From a virus (lineage: Duplodnaviria > Caudoviricetes): 43,619 nucleotides of DNA. The stretch is from the IMG/VR virus record IMGVR_UViG_3300020044_008732, positions 1 to 43,619 of that record, one strand, 5' to 3'. Below the pieces are notes generated by a model, which saw only the letters and a list, made by a program, of their open reading frames with translations, ran no database searches and was not told the DNA's origin. The position numbers and the translations under genes were made by a program. This document shows, one piece after another, positions 8,396 through 18,907 of this stretch. Every line of letters starts with the position of its first letter. Position 1 is the first letter of the stretch.

Positions 8396-8695
8396 ATGCC
8401 CCAAACCCCCTACCACTTATACCGCACCACCAACGACAACGGAGAGAGCTTCGAGTCCGAAGTTCTCCAGGACGTCGTAGACTGGCGCAACGCAAACGCG
8501 GAAGGCAAACCGATCTGGGATATCACTATTCAGACGAACACCTACCACGACGTGGCGTACGGAAACGAAACACACAGCTTTTTGTACCTGCCTGCGGCAG
8601 AAGCCCACCGAGACCGTCACGCGCCAGGCTCAATTATAGGTACCCACACCGAAGACTATGAAGTCGAGCCATTCGCCCTCGTAGAAGAGGAGTAA
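8396..8695 (+). CDS. Hypothetical protein
   Basis: 99-aa ORF tightly packed in the operon, SD AGGA. Confidence 0.7.
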   Translation: MPQTPYHLYRTTNDNGESFESEVLQDVVDWRNANAEGKPIWDITIQTNTYHDVAYGNETHSFLYLPAAEAHRDRHAPGSIIGTHTEDYEVEPFALVEEE

Positions 8696-8697
8696 TT

Positions 8698-9018
8698 ATG
8701 CCCCTTAATTTCGACCTACGCCCCATTGAACAAAACGGCATCCTGAACACGGACGCCGCGCGCAACAGGTCTGCTCAACTTGCTACCACGACGACAGAAG
8801 ACACCGTGACCATCGAAGTCGCAGGTAGTACCCCGCGCGTAGTAATGTTCCTGACCACCGAAGACATCGGGATCAAGAACGAGAGTACGGCGACAGGCGC
8901 GACGAAACCCCTCCTCTTAGGAGGAGCGGCGTTTCAGTTCGAAATCCCCGTTACTACGGTGTTTTATGTTCAAAACCTAGCCACCGCCGGGGCACTCACT
9001 GTGCAGTGCTTACGATAG
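8698..9018 (+). CDS. Hypothetical (likely structural) protein
   Basis: 106 aa, SD GAGGAG, beta-rich. Confidence 0.7.
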   Translation: MPLNFDLRPIEQNGILNTDAARNRSAQLATTTTEDTVTIEVAGSTPRVVMFLTTEDIGIKNESTATGATKPLLLGGAAFQFEIPVTTVFYVQNLATAGALTVQCLR

Positions 9019-9024
9019 GATTAT

Positions 9025-11202
9025 ATGCCGGACAACATGGAGAGCGACGACGCCAAGCTCATAATGGCGTATGCGGAAGAAACCAAGATCCCAGTACCAC
9101 TCGAAAAGTGGTACCGGGCGTTCGAGAATGACCGCCGCTACGTAAACACGACCTGCATGGCACTAGACGCGGAAGACTCTGTGGGGACAAACCACATTCT
9201 GCGCAACCAATACACCGTCATGGCTATGTTGAATAGTCGTGATGCGGATATCCGCATCAGCGTCGATGAAGCGGTCTGGCCGGATGTGCCAGTGATGGCG
9301 ACCGACCCGATGACGGGGATGCCCCTCTTAGACCCGGTGACGGGGACGCCAGTCCCAACGGGGCAAGTAGACCCCGGCGGCGCTCCGCCCGAACTCGGGA
9401 AATGGGCGATGACCCAACAAATACTGGCGAAAAAGTTGTTGCGAGAAGCACGGTTTCGTCAGCAGCTCGCAGGAGCGATCCAAGACGTAGAAACCGCCGC
9501 AGTGATGTTCGCAAAAGTCAACCAACAGGAGGACTACAACCGCGACCCTCTCGGCAACTTCCGCTTCGATGACCAACAAGATAACTTCGCGTTGTACCGC
9601 CACTGGGCGGACAAGGTTGCTTCCGGAGATATAGAACCTGAAACGGCGGAATATACGCGGTATAAGCAGCTTGAAGCGACGGTGCGCGAATACCTTGTGA
9701 CAATGCTGCAACAGGATATCGAAACGAACCCGCTTCCTCCGGTGCCTGTACTAGACCCGATGACGGGCGGCGTCGTGGTAGACTTCTTCGGTGCGCCTAT
9801 GACGCAGCCACAAGAAGACCCACGTACCGCGCAGATCCAAGCATTAGGCGACCCGGAGAGCCCGGTAGACCTCGCGATGGTCCCCGAGATTCCACGGTAT
9901 GTCGGGTTCCCAATAGACTTCATCCACCCAGAGGATGTGCGGTTCTCGTGGGATATTACCCGCATGGAAGACTTCTATCGCGCGCCACGTGTACAGGTCC
10001 GCGTGCGAATGACCCGTGACAAAGCCGCAGCTAAATACAATTTAACCCCAGAAGAAGCGAAGAAACTCCCAGAAGTTTCGACTATACAGAACACCTACTC
10101 GCAGACGTGGGAATCAGACCCGTCCTCACGAGACGGGGACCTCGACGAAAAAGCGATGGATAAAAAGGTCGAGTTGTGGGAATGCTACGACCGAGAAACT
10201 AACCGAGTCAGCGTGTACGCGCGCGGATTTCCAAGGTTTTTGTCGTCTATTACCCCACGGGTAGTATGGCGCAACTGGATCCCCATCGTCCCCCTTATGT
10301 TCAACCGCGTAACGGGGCGCGCTATAGGGATTTCTTCGACTACCCTCCAGCGCCCAGCGCAAGAAGAGATCAACACGAACCGGACACTGGAACGACACGC
10401 GAAGAAGGCGTGCTTCCCCCGTATATTGGTTCGACGCGGTATCTTCGCGCGAGGCGAAGCAGCCAAGTATAAACGCGCGCTTCCGTACGAAGTTATCGAG
10501 TTAGAGACCCCAGACGAACTCAGCGGCGCGATCAGAGAAACACAGCCGCTACCGTATAACCCTTCACTGACAGATAATTCCAACGCGCAGTTTGACCTAC
10601 AACGGATGTCCGGTACTTCCTTAGTGGCAGGCGGGGCGGTGGGCGTCAGCAATTCAGCGACAGAAACCGCGACCGCCCAAGCAGGGTCGGACGCGTTGAT
10701 GGAGTATCGTCGTGGGTTGATCGAAGACTTCTATCAAGATGTCGTTACTTGTCTCCTCGACCTCGCGGCGGCGGTGCTGCCGGAAGAAAACTACAAAGCG
10801 CTCTGCGGCCCTGGAGCTGTGGTACCTCAAGTACAACGTGAAGCGCTGTGGAGACAGATGCAGGTCAAGATTGAAGTAGGCAGCACAGGACGCCCGAATG
10901 CCGAGAAAGAACTGAAGATCATGACGGCTGCGGCGCAGATGGCGCGAGGCATGAACCTAGAGCCACAGGGGCCGGAGATCCTTGACTTCTTCTTCAAGAA
11001 CGCCGGGGTGTACGAAAATATCTCGAAATACTTCCAGAAGATGCCGACGCCAATGGGGATGCCGCCGAGCACAGGCGGAGCGCCCCCTTCGCCCCCTAAA
11101 CTAGATTCTAAACAAGGGCAAGGTGGCGGAGGCGGTAAGCCAATGGCGGAAGCCCCATCGCCAGAGTCTATCCCGAACAGACCGCAAACGCGGCCCATGT
11201 AA
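9025..11202 (+). CDS. Portal protein
   Basis: 725 aa upstream of scaffold and capsid; VELWECYD, QEEINTNRT, SATETA motifs and Pro/Gly-rich C-tail typical of podoviral portals. Confidence 0.8.
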   Translation: MPDNMESDDAKLIMAYAEETKIPVPLEKWYRAFENDRRYVNTTCMALDAEDSVGTNHILRNQYTVMAMLNSRDADIRISVDEAVWPDVPVMATDPMTGMPLLDPVTGTPVPTGQVDPGGAPPELGKWAMTQQILAKKLLREARFRQQLAGAIQDVETAAVMFAKVNQQEDYNRDPLGNFRFDDQQDNFALYRHWADKVASGDIEPETAEYTRYKQLEATVREYLVTMLQQDIETNPLPPVPVLDPMTGGVVVDFFGAPMTQPQEDPRTAQIQALGDPESPVDLAMVPEIPRYVGFPIDFIHPEDVRFSWDITRMEDFYRAPRVQVRVRMTRDKAAAKYNLTPEEAKKLPEVSTIQNTYSQTWESDPSSRDGDLDEKAMDKKVELWECYDRETNRVSVYARGFPRFLSSITPRVVWRNWIPIVPLMFNRVTGRAIGISSTTLQRPAQEEINTNRTLERHAKKACFPRILVRRGIFARGEAAKYKRALPYEVIELETPDELSGAIRETQPLPYNPSLTDNSNAQFDLQRMSGTSLVAGGAVGVSNSATETATAQAGSDALMEYRRGLIEDFYQDVVTCLLDLAAAVLPEENYKALCGPGAVVPQVQREALWRQMQVKIEVGSTGRPNAEKELKIMTAAAQMARGMNLEPQGPEILDFFFKNAGVYENISKYFQKMPTPMGMPPSTGGAPPSPPKLDSKQGQGGGGGKPMAEAPSPESIPNRPQTRPM

Positions 11203-11238
11203 ACTTTTTGCTTGCTATTCACTCCAGGAGAACATACG

Positions 11239-12369
11239 ATGCCCAGTACCATAGACCCGGATTCAAGCCCGGAAATACAGACCGAAGCCCCGTCAACTTC
11301 GGCGCCACAAGACCCCGTGTCAGTGGAAGGCGGTAAAACGGCCCCGCCAGCCGAACGTGACAAGAGCACCGGAGAGAAAGCGGAATCTAGTATTCCACTA
11401 CTCGGCGAAGGTGATGTTCTTGATCGCTTGACTAACCCTACACAGAAGACGAACACGCAAGAGAAGACGCCAGAGGAAGAAACCTCTGAGACGCCGGAAA
11501 AAGCTACAGGCACCCCCGAGACCGAGGAAAGTGCTGAAACCGAAGAAGAGGTGGCGTTTAAGCCAGCGGACGAAAAAGAGTTGGCAGGGTACCACAGCAA
11601 AACCCGCCGACGAATCCAACAATACCAACGTGAATTAGACCGCGCGAAAGCCTCCGCCGACTTTTCGGATATGCTTATCACGCAAGGCCACGAAATCGGC
11701 TTATCTGGGGAAAACATCCACCAATGGCAACAGCTAGGGTTTGGTGTCCGCAAGAAGGACCCCGCTGCGCTCGCGGCATTAGTCGAGGTTCTCGGCAGCC
11801 ACGGAGCCCTCCCGAAAGCGCAAGAGTTTGACGCTAAGCCTCTTCGAGACGTAGTGGAAAAGCTCCACCGCTCGATGAACTTAGACGACGACGCGAAAGA
11901 AGCACTGGAACGCGCACTTGAGGGGGTAGCCCCCGGGAAGCAAGCGCAGCCGCAACCTACTCAACAGCACCAGAGGCAGGCTCAACCAGCGCAGCAACCA
12001 GAGATTCAACGCACCCCGTACGAATTAGCATACCAAAGCACTGTCCGCTCGATCCGAAATGAGGAAGCCCAAGACGCGCAGAAATACGGGCAGAAATACC
12101 CCGAAATCAATAAAGCCATTTACGCGGAAGCGGCTCGCCGAGAGGCGCTGCTCCCCCCTCACATTAAGAACGACCCCGTTGAAATGCGTGTTCGATATGC
12201 GGCCTGCCGCGAAGCAGTGTTAGCAAAAGTTCTGTCCCGTCCTCCCCAACCCAAAGTCGAGTCATCGCTACGAGGGTCAGGGGCACCTACCCCGCTCAAG
12301 GTACCCGAAAGAGGTACCGAAGAGTACGATGACCACGTCATGACCCACGGCGTTCCGCCGGGTCGCTAA
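11239..12369 (+). CDS. Capsid scaffolding protein
   Basis: Acidic disordered N-half, helical C-half; between portal and capsid; SD AGGAG before ATG 11239. Confidence 0.7.
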   Translation: MPSTIDPDSSPEIQTEAPSTSAPQDPVSVEGGKTAPPAERDKSTGEKAESSIPLLGEGDVLDRLTNPTQKTNTQEKTPEEETSETPEKATGTPETEESAETEEEVAFKPADEKELAGYHSKTRRRIQQYQRELDRAKASADFSDMLITQGHEIGLSGENIHQWQQLGFGVRKKDPAALAALVEVLGSHGALPKAQEFDAKPLRDVVEKLHRSMNLDDDAKEALERALEGVAPGKQAQPQPTQQHQRQAQPAQQPEIQRTPYELAYQSTVRSIRNEEAQDAQKYGQKYPEINKAIYAEAARREALLPPHIKNDPVEMRVRYAACREAVLAKVLSRPPQPKVESSLRGSGAPTPLKVPERGTEEYDDHVMTHGVPPGR

Positions 12370-12385
12370 CCATATCGGAGGCTCT

Positions 12386-13468
12386 ATGCCTGTATCCGTC
12401 CCACCTCTTGTCTACCAAGAGCTCATCCAAAGCGCCGATGCGGGCTACCTGAACCGCATGAAACAGAAGCCCATCGACCGTCAGGCGATGCCTCTGCTCA
12501 ACTGGGCGGATTCGCTCAAAAAAGTCGTGGACATGTCGCAAGGCTTGATCCGCGTTGGTTTAACCGTCAGCGATGAAGGCGAGAACCAAGGTTGGGACCG
12601 TACGGACGGCGTGACCTTCGCAGAGAACATGCCAACTAAACAGGCAGAGTTTTGTGCGTACAACGAACACCGTGGCTTAGTTATGTGGGCCACCGACTTG
12701 ATGAACGCAGGTTACGAAGTCGATTTCAACTCAACCTCGAAAACCTTAGCCACCCCGTTATCCGCGAGCGAAAAGACCCGTTTGCGCGACTACATCGGTT
12801 CTAAAGTCAATAACTTCCGCGATGCTGCGAAAGTCAGTTGCGACAAGAACCTCCACTTAGACGGCACGCTTGACACCAAGCGCACCCCGGGCTTAGACGC
12901 CGCTCTACCGTTGAACCGCTTGGGTTCATACGGCGGCCTGTTAGGCACGGACCCTAAATGGCAGCACTACATCGCACTTGGCTTGACCAGCAGTTTAGGC
13001 GGCACCCTAGAAGAAGGTATGAACACCGCCTTCTGGAATGCGCGTTTGAACAGTCGCGACAATGAACGCGGGACTTACCGCATCATCTGCGGTCGTGGCT
13101 TCGCTGACCGTTACCGCCGTTATGGCCGTTTGAACAACATGCAGATCAACGTCGGCCCAGAACAAGTAAAAACACTGGACGTGAACATCGCTGACTCGGG
13201 TCTCCGCTACATGGGCTACCCACTCGAAATCGACCCGACTTTCGACATCTTAGATGCTTTATACGCCCCATCTAACCCATGGACCCTGCGTTGTTACATC
13301 ATCTGCGAGAAGTCGTTCTGCTGGGGCATGTTCAATAAGAGTGACTGGACCATGAGTGTCCCTGCTCCTACTGCTTCTGTCCGCGACCTGAAGCTCAGTC
13401 TCGACTGGCGCATGTCGTTCTTCTGCACGAACCGGAACGCTAACGCGGTCATCACCGCTGCGGCGTAA
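12386..13468 (+). CDS. Major capsid protein
   Basis: 360 aa after scaffold, SD GGAGG, followed by a terminator; HK97-type size and pattern. Confidence 0.8.
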   Translation: MPVSVPPLVYQELIQSADAGYLNRMKQKPIDRQAMPLLNWADSLKKVVDMSQGLIRVGLTVSDEGENQGWDRTDGVTFAENMPTKQAEFCAYNEHRGLVMWATDLMNAGYEVDFNSTSKTLATPLSASEKTRLRDYIGSKVNNFRDAAKVSCDKNLHLDGTLDTKRTPGLDAALPLNRLGSYGGLLGTDPKWQHYIALGLTSSLGGTLEEGMNTAFWNARLNSRDNERGTYRIICGRGFADRYRRYGRLNNMQINVGPEQVKTLDVNIADSGLRYMGYPLEIDPTFDILDALYAPSNPWTLRCYIICEKSFCWGMFNKSDWTMSVPAPTASVRDLKLSLDWRMSFFCTNRNANAVITAAA

Positions 13469-13529
13469 CCCGCCCCCACTTCGCGTGGGACATTTTCCCT
13501 GACCAGTTCTCTCCTGACTGTAAGGGGGT

Positions 13530-13565
13530 AAGACCGAAGGCGTCCTCGCCTTCGGTCTTGCTTTT
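13530..13565 (+). terminator. Rho-independent terminator after the capsid gene
   Basis: Perfect 13-bp stem AAGACCGAAGGCG / CGCCTTCGGTCTT with TCCT loop, then GCTTTT. Confidence 0.75.
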
Positions 13566-13604
13566 GGCGGGGAGGGGGCTACCTTCCTCGAAGGAGAAAC
13601 CCCT

Positions 13605-14273
13605 ATGATCAAAGTACCCGCTTATCAGTGCTCATACGAGCTGTTTAAGAACGAGACGGCTCGGTTCATCGGAAAGCACGAAATACCGATATATCGCGCT
13701 CACTTAGCGGGCCAACGCCCGGGCTTAGAGCTGAAAGTTTCCGCTCCTGCGCCTGACTTGTCCCCCGAAACGTATTGGTGTGCCTTCGAAAGCACGACGG
13801 CAGAATTTGCCCGTCTTATCCGTATGTACGGCCCTGGCCTTGTTGGGCGTATCTACCCTATTATAGACGAAATGAAAAACGTTGTTGACGCGGAATTAGA
13901 ACGCCTTGCCCGGAATGGTGGCGTCAATCCAAACGCTCCGAAAGCGATGGTAGCCAGCCACGCGTTGTCTAGCTTGATCGCTTCCGCGATGCCTGCCTTA
14001 CCTCCCGGCGCGAAAGCGGCGGAAAAAGCTGCCCGCAAGCAAGAAGCCGACAACATAGCTCTCCAACTCCAGAGCACTGGGATCTCCTCTGTGCCCGACG
14101 TTGCTGCGGCAAGTTTGTCCGCGCTGTGTCTCGCGAAGAATATCGACCCCGTTTTCGCGTTAGCATTGAACGAATTAGCAAAAGAAACCATAGAGTCAGG
14201 CAACGAAGCCGAAGAAGGCGAAGCAAGAAGCCTCGATCTTGGCGCGTTGGCTGGCCGCTCCTTAGAGGGATAA
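13605..14273 (+). CDS. Hypothetical protein (head-associated by position)
   Basis: 222 aa, SD AAGGAG. Confidence 0.7.
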   Translation: MIKVPAYQCSYELFKNETARFIGKHEIPIYRAHLAGQRPGLELKVSAPAPDLSPETYWCAFESTTAEFARLIRMYGPGLVGRIYPIIDEMKNVVDAELERLARNGGVNPNAPKAMVASHALSSLIASAMPALPPGAKAAEKAARKQEADNIALQLQSTGISSVPDVAAASLSALCLAKNIDPVFALALNELAKETIESGNEAEEGEARSLDLGALAGRSLEG

Positions 14274-14277
14274 TCAC

Positions 14278-15021
14278 ATGGCGCTTCCTGCCCCGTGGCC
14301 TCTTTCGCGGGTACGCGAAGAGGTTCTTACCCGCTGCACACTCAACACTGGCGGGGACCGGGGTGCGAGAGCGTCTAAACTCATCGACTCCTTTATCCGT
14401 GGGGCACAAGCACATCTTGTGCTCAGAGCGCCTTGGCTCCAGTTATCAGCGTCCCGTGTCATAACACTCCAATCTGGCGTGACTGCATACGACTTTCCGG
14501 ATGATTTGGAGCCAGGGCGCAACATGGAAGTGTATGTGCACAACATTATCTCTGGACGGGAACTCCCAGTCGCGTTCGACCCGACTATCGAAGTCAGGAA
14601 CGACTACCTCCAGACAAACAGCCGCCCTTTCTATTATTGGTACGAAGATGGGGTAATCAACGTGACCCCGAACCCCGATACGACTCTCTGGGATACTATG
14701 CGGTTGTCGGGGTATCTCCGCGACACCGGGCTCGTCAATGATACCGATCTCGCTTCAGTTGACGGAGAAGCGCTGGCGCAACGAGCGGAAATCGCCTCTC
14801 GCCCGCGTCTAGGTCTTCAAGTAACCCAGTTAATGATCGATGAACACTCAGCTTATGTCCGCGCGAAACGCGGCGCGGTGAACACGGTTCCTGACCGGAC
14901 TATGCCCGGCGGCGATACGTCGTACCGATGTGCCCCGCAAGACGGCGAAGGCGTGCGGCATAACTGGGGCGGTTGGGCGTACGACGCAGGATGGAACCCG
15001 CCCGGCTATTGGGGGCCGTAA
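14278..15021 (+). CDS. Head-tail adaptor (tail tubular A-like)
   Basis: ITLQSGVTAYDFPDD and RPFYYWY...INVTPNPD motifs typical of adaptor proteins; position. Confidence 0.65.
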   Translation: MALPAPWPLSRVREEVLTRCTLNTGGDRGARASKLIDSFIRGAQAHLVLRAPWLQLSASRVITLQSGVTAYDFPDDLEPGRNMEVYVHNIISGRELPVAFDPTIEVRNDYLQTNSRPFYYWYEDGVINVTPNPDTTLWDTMRLSGYLRDTGLVNDTDLASVDGEALAQRAEIASRPRLGLQVTQLMIDEHSAYVRAKRGAVNTVPDRTMPGGDTSYRCAPQDGEGVRHNWGGWAYDAGWNPPGYWGP

Positions 15022-15024
15022 CAG

Positions 15025-16500
15025 ATGCGCCCACGAGCTTTCCATACTTGGACGGGTATTGATACCCGGTCGGTGCAAGATAGCGCTGACCCGCGAACGC
15101 TGCGTGCCGCTATAAACGTGGATCTGCTGACAGACGGTTCTCTCCAAGAACGGGACGGGTGGAAACTTGTCGCGACCGTAGACCCGGACAGCGTAGGCTT
15201 ATACTCAGTTGGTGGGCGTTTGCGGTGCGTGTTAGCGGCGGGGCATTCTAAGCCCGCAGGAGCGCAGTCTTCTGTTCCGATCCTCTACGATTTCGTGGGC
15301 GACGGTACAATCTACCCGCTCAATTCTATCGCTCGCGTCAGTTCAGTAACGAGCTGGGACGCGGATTCTGCTGTCGGTCTGTACCCTGCTTTCATCATTC
15401 AACGAGACACCGGGGCGAATGAGTTGCACTGGGTCGTGGATGTTCCGTCCCCTGCGACGAACATGGCCCCGCCCCCTTCTTTCACCCCTTCGAACGACCC
15501 CGTCAACACGAAGGTGAACACGCCTTTCACCGTCGGGGAAACGCTGCTAAAAATACAGGAAAAGATCTGCGTTGTCGACAACACGAACGGGGCGATCCGG
15601 TTCAGTTCTACTGTCAACGGGATAACGGACTTCACCGCGCCTGGGGACGCGGGGTTTTTACCCGTGATCCGCCACGCGACAGGCGACCGCACCATTCAGG
15701 GGCTGTCGTTCTACGACGAGTTCATGGCGGTTCTTTTTGAAGACTCCATGCAGCTATGGTCCATGCACCCAGACCCCGCACAAATGGCGCTGCGCCGCGT
15801 GCTCGGAGGCCCCGGAACGCAGTTCGCCGGGTCGGTTGTCAACGTGCGTGGCGATCTCGTTTACTTTTCGCGCGGGACTTTTTCAAGCCTGCGTCGAGTG
15901 TTAGAAGACGGGCAACTGACCGACGGCGACATTGGCGCGCCGATCTTCCCTGAGACAAAGCCTTTCGCGAATATCCGCCCTACAGCGTTGTGGTCGCAAG
16001 CACGTTCCGCTTATTACTGTTTCTTCGGTAATACGGCGTTCCGCTTCGTTACCTCCCCGACGTCAGATACCCGTGGTTGGACGCAGTACATCTTACCGCA
16101 AGGGCTTACAGCGGAATACGCTGTGGAGCATCTTGGGGAGGTGTACATAAGGTCCGGCGCGGGTATTTACCGGATGGAGAGCGGATACGCGGACGGGTCG
16201 CAATACACGGTGTCCAGCCACTTCTTAGATCTCGGGCATTCCGGGGAATGGAAGCTGTTTAATTCACTCGACTTTACTGGCGGCGGAAGACCTGTAATCA
16301 ATTTCCACTACGATATGAGAGTTCCAGACGCCTTCGACCGCGTGTGCCGTTTAGATGGGTCTACCGCGTCGATGACGTATGTAGCGATCCTGGAGAACTC
16401 CGAGGCGGGAAGCCTCACCTTTACCGGGGACGTAGGTACGGGGTTCTTTCTTGATAAGTTCGTCATCCGATACTCTGTCGCCGGAAAGTTCATCCAATGA
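15025..16500 (+). CDS. Tail nozzle / DNA stabilisation protein (tubular B / P22 gp10-like)
   Basis: 491-aa beta-propeller-like; N-terminal GID...LRAAINVD...GSLQERDG pattern; follows adaptor. Confidence 0.65.
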   Translation: MRPRAFHTWTGIDTRSVQDSADPRTLRAAINVDLLTDGSLQERDGWKLVATVDPDSVGLYSVGGRLRCVLAAGHSKPAGAQSSVPILYDFVGDGTIYPLNSIARVSSVTSWDADSAVGLYPAFIIQRDTGANELHWVVDVPSPATNMAPPPSFTPSNDPVNTKVNTPFTVGETLLKIQEKICVVDNTNGAIRFSSTVNGITDFTAPGDAGFLPVIRHATGDRTIQGLSFYDEFMAVLFEDSMQLWSMHPDPAQMALRRVLGGPGTQFAGSVVNVRGDLVYFSRGTFSSLRRVLEDGQLTDGDIGAPIFPETKPFANIRPTALWSQARSAYYCFFGNTAFRFVTSPTSDTRGWTQYILPQGLTAEYAVEHLGEVYIRSGAGIYRMESGYADGSQYTVSSHFLDLGHSGEWKLFNSLDFTGGGRPVINFHYDMRVPDAFDRVCRLDGSTASMTYVAILENSEAGSLTFTGDVGTGFFLDKFVIRYSVAGKFIQ

Positions 16501-18869
16501 CCACACTCATAAACCGCGACGTCCGGTTCGGGCTTATCAACGGGTTCGGTTCTCCGGTGACCGCGTCGCGTATTATCGCTCTCGGCGGAGAGTCACGTAA
16601 GATCTTACTAGCGGAAATCGTCAATGGCACGCCAGTGCTGCTCGGAGAGTCGGAAGACCTCGGCGGAAAAGTGCTGGCGGCGAACGGCGAATCTACCCCC
16701 AATTACCACGTACTGACTTCAGCTGGGCTTGTCCGGGTCTCTGACAACGACAACCCCCAAGTCGTGTCTTCGCACGCGTTTGATCCGGGCGGCGGGCGCT
16801 GGCTCGCGAAGTTCGGCAACTTTATCGCGACCCCGCTTAAAAAAGGTGGGGTGCAGGTTCTCAACGCCACAACAGGGGCGGTGGTGGCTACGCAACTCTC
16901 GGGGATGCAGAGTTCCGAGTTCGCCGCATCGGACTCCGCCACAGGACGCCTGTGGGTCGCGGACACGTTGAATGCGACAGTATCTACGTTCACGGTGTCA
17001 AGTACCTCCGGGGCGCTCACGTTTCTCGGGCGGGTAAACGCTCCGAACTGCCGTGACGTGTTGAAAGTGGTCGCGGATGTCGGGGAAGAAATCTTATTCA
17101 TCGTGTGTCGAAACCGCATTGTCCGTCTCGATATACCGCTAGACCAGGATACGCCACGGTCGCCAGCGCCTTATAGCATGAGCACAGTCCCTTACACGGA
17201 CTTCATTGTACTGGAAGCAGGCAAGTACTGGATAGGCCGCGCCTCGTCGCTCGAGCCTTCACCTCTCGATCTCTACTACGGGCCGATGCTCGGTGCGTGG
17301 GAAGCCACGACGGAAGAGCTAAGCGTAGCAGCGCCCCAGAGCGCGGTGTGGACGGTCTCCGATGTGGTCCCGTTCTATACCCCAGATGACCCGCCACCTC
17401 CTCCCGGCGACGATACGCCGCCACCAGTAATTGCGCCGACACCTCCTGTTATCACGTCTGCCCTCACGTTGGATGGGCTGTTCGGCAACCCGTTTACCTA
17501 CACTATCACGGCAACGGGCGAAGGTCCGGTCACGTTCGGGGTCGTCTCACCGCCTCCTTGGGTCACGTCATTCAACGCGCTCACGGGCGTAGCGAGCGGA
17601 ACTCTTCCAGCAGCAGGGACATACTCGATAACAATCACCGCGACGAATGCAGGGGGGACCGACACAGAGACGTTAGTCGTTACCTCGCAGAACTTCGCGA
17701 GTCTGCTCGCGGTGGGCCACAACGGGGTGACAGAGGACACTGTGAAGGCAGGGAGTCTTCTCTACGTTCTCGGCAGTTTTTCCGCGGTACACGACGCGAG
17801 TGGCACCTATGCACGGAACCGCATAGGGTGCATCGACCTACAGACAGGGCTGTGGACTGCGTTTAACCCCACCGTCAACGAGTTGGTGCTGTGCGGGGTG
17901 CAAGACGGCACGTGGCTTTATATCGGCGGCCGCTTCACCGTTATAAACGGGTCCACACGGAATAGGGTGGCTAGGTTTAATTTGTCAACAGGAACATTAG
18001 ACCCGTCATGGAACCCGGGCGCGGATGGCACCGTGAACTGCATGATGCACGACGGGTCGGATCTGTGGATTGGCGGACAGTTTGCGCAGGTCAGCGGCCA
18101 GCCCCATGAATATGTGGCTAAGGTGGGGAGCGGGTGGCGAGCGCAGCACGTGCAAGCCCCGAGACCGACTTCGTACTTAGAAGCAGACACTGCGGGCATT
18201 GTTGGCTCAATCATAGACCGAGGGGGGTCGATTCTTATTCTCGGCGGGCTCCGCATACGGTATTACTACGCGCCTACAGCAAGCAACCTCCCGTTCGGGC
18301 AGTCGCTGATTCAACTGTCTAAAACCACGGGGGAACCGCAGGAAAGTGCTACTGGTGAGTCTACATCGCAAGCGATACGAAAAGCGAAAGTTATCAACGG
18401 GGTGGTGTACGCGGGGAGCGACTTCGGGGTATCGACCATCACTAACTACGCTTTTCCATCTCAGGCTGGGAACACGACCACAGGGCCGTTTTTTCCGGTG
18501 ACTCTCGGCGTCGCTATATCTGGGACAACGCTCTTATCGTCTTTCCGGCCTGACTTCACGCGTTACGAGGCGAACAACATCACCGACGTCTTAGGGGTGG
18601 GGAGCAACATCTTGATCGGTGGGACGTTCAGGGAGCTGAGCAGCGACCCAAACATCCGGGGGATAACCCTCGTAACCCCAACCGGGGCGCGTGTTACGAC
18701 GTTCCGAGGGGACTGGCTTTCTCCCGTCGTGCGCGTCAACCATCTCGGGACCCTTTCTTCCAATCTTGCCGTTGTCGGGGGAGACTTCGGCGGGGTGTCG
18801 CAAACGTTTAACGGGGTTTCGGCTCGCGGGATTATGTTCATCGACCCGGCCACGGGTGCGCGCTTCTAG
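16497..18869 (+). CDS. Receptor-binding/adhesin-like virion protein (propeller, Pro linker, Ig-like domain, propeller)
   Basis: PPVITS...FTYTITAT...TGVASGT...YSITITATNAGG Ig-like domain; repeated LYIGGRFT/LWIGGQFA/ILIGGTF blades. Confidence 0.65.
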   Translation: MTTLINRDVRFGLINGFGSPVTASRIIALGGESRKILLAEIVNGTPVLLGESEDLGGKVLAANGESTPNYHVLTSAGLVRVSDNDNPQVVSSHAFDPGGGRWLAKFGNFIATPLKKGGVQVLNATTGAVVATQLSGMQSSEFAASDSATGRLWVADTLNATVSTFTVSSTSGALTFLGRVNAPNCRDVLKVVADVGEEILFIVCRNRIVRLDIPLDQDTPRSPAPYSMSTVPYTDFIVLEAGKYWIGRASSLEPSPLDLYYGPMLGAWEATTEELSVAAPQSAVWTVSDVVPFYTPDDPPPPPGDDTPPPVIAPTPPVITSALTLDGLFGNPFTYTITATGEGPVTFGVVSPPPWVTSFNALTGVASGTLPAAGTYSITITATNAGGTDTETLVVTSQNFASLLAVGHNGVTEDTVKAGSLLYVLGSFSAVHDASGTYARNRIGCIDLQTGLWTAFNPTVNELVLCGVQDGTWLYIGGRFTVINGSTRNRVARFNLSTGTLDPSWNPGADGTVNCMMHDGSDLWIGGQFAQVSGQPHEYVAKVGSGWRAQHVQAPRPTSYLEADTAGIVGSIIDRGGSILILGGLRIRYYYAPTASNLPFGQSLIQLSKTTGEPQESATGESTSQAIRKAKVINGVVYAGSDFGVSTITNYAFPSQAGNTTTGPFFPVTLGVAISGTTLLSSFRPDFTRYEANNITDVLGVGSNILIGGTFRELSSDPNIRGITLVTPTGARVTTFRGDWLSPVVRVNHLGTLSSNLAVVGGDFGGVSQTFNGVSARGIMFIDPATGARF

Positions 18870-18907
18870 CCTCTTCCATTTTCTCCTTTCTGCGTTAGGA
18901 ATACCCG

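Noticed and set aside
10827-11753. Long antisense ORFs (e.g. 10827-11753, 771-1439, 19609-20217, 26715-27338, 35459-36079)
   Set aside because: Shadow frames of real genes in GC-rich DNA, no recognisable motifs
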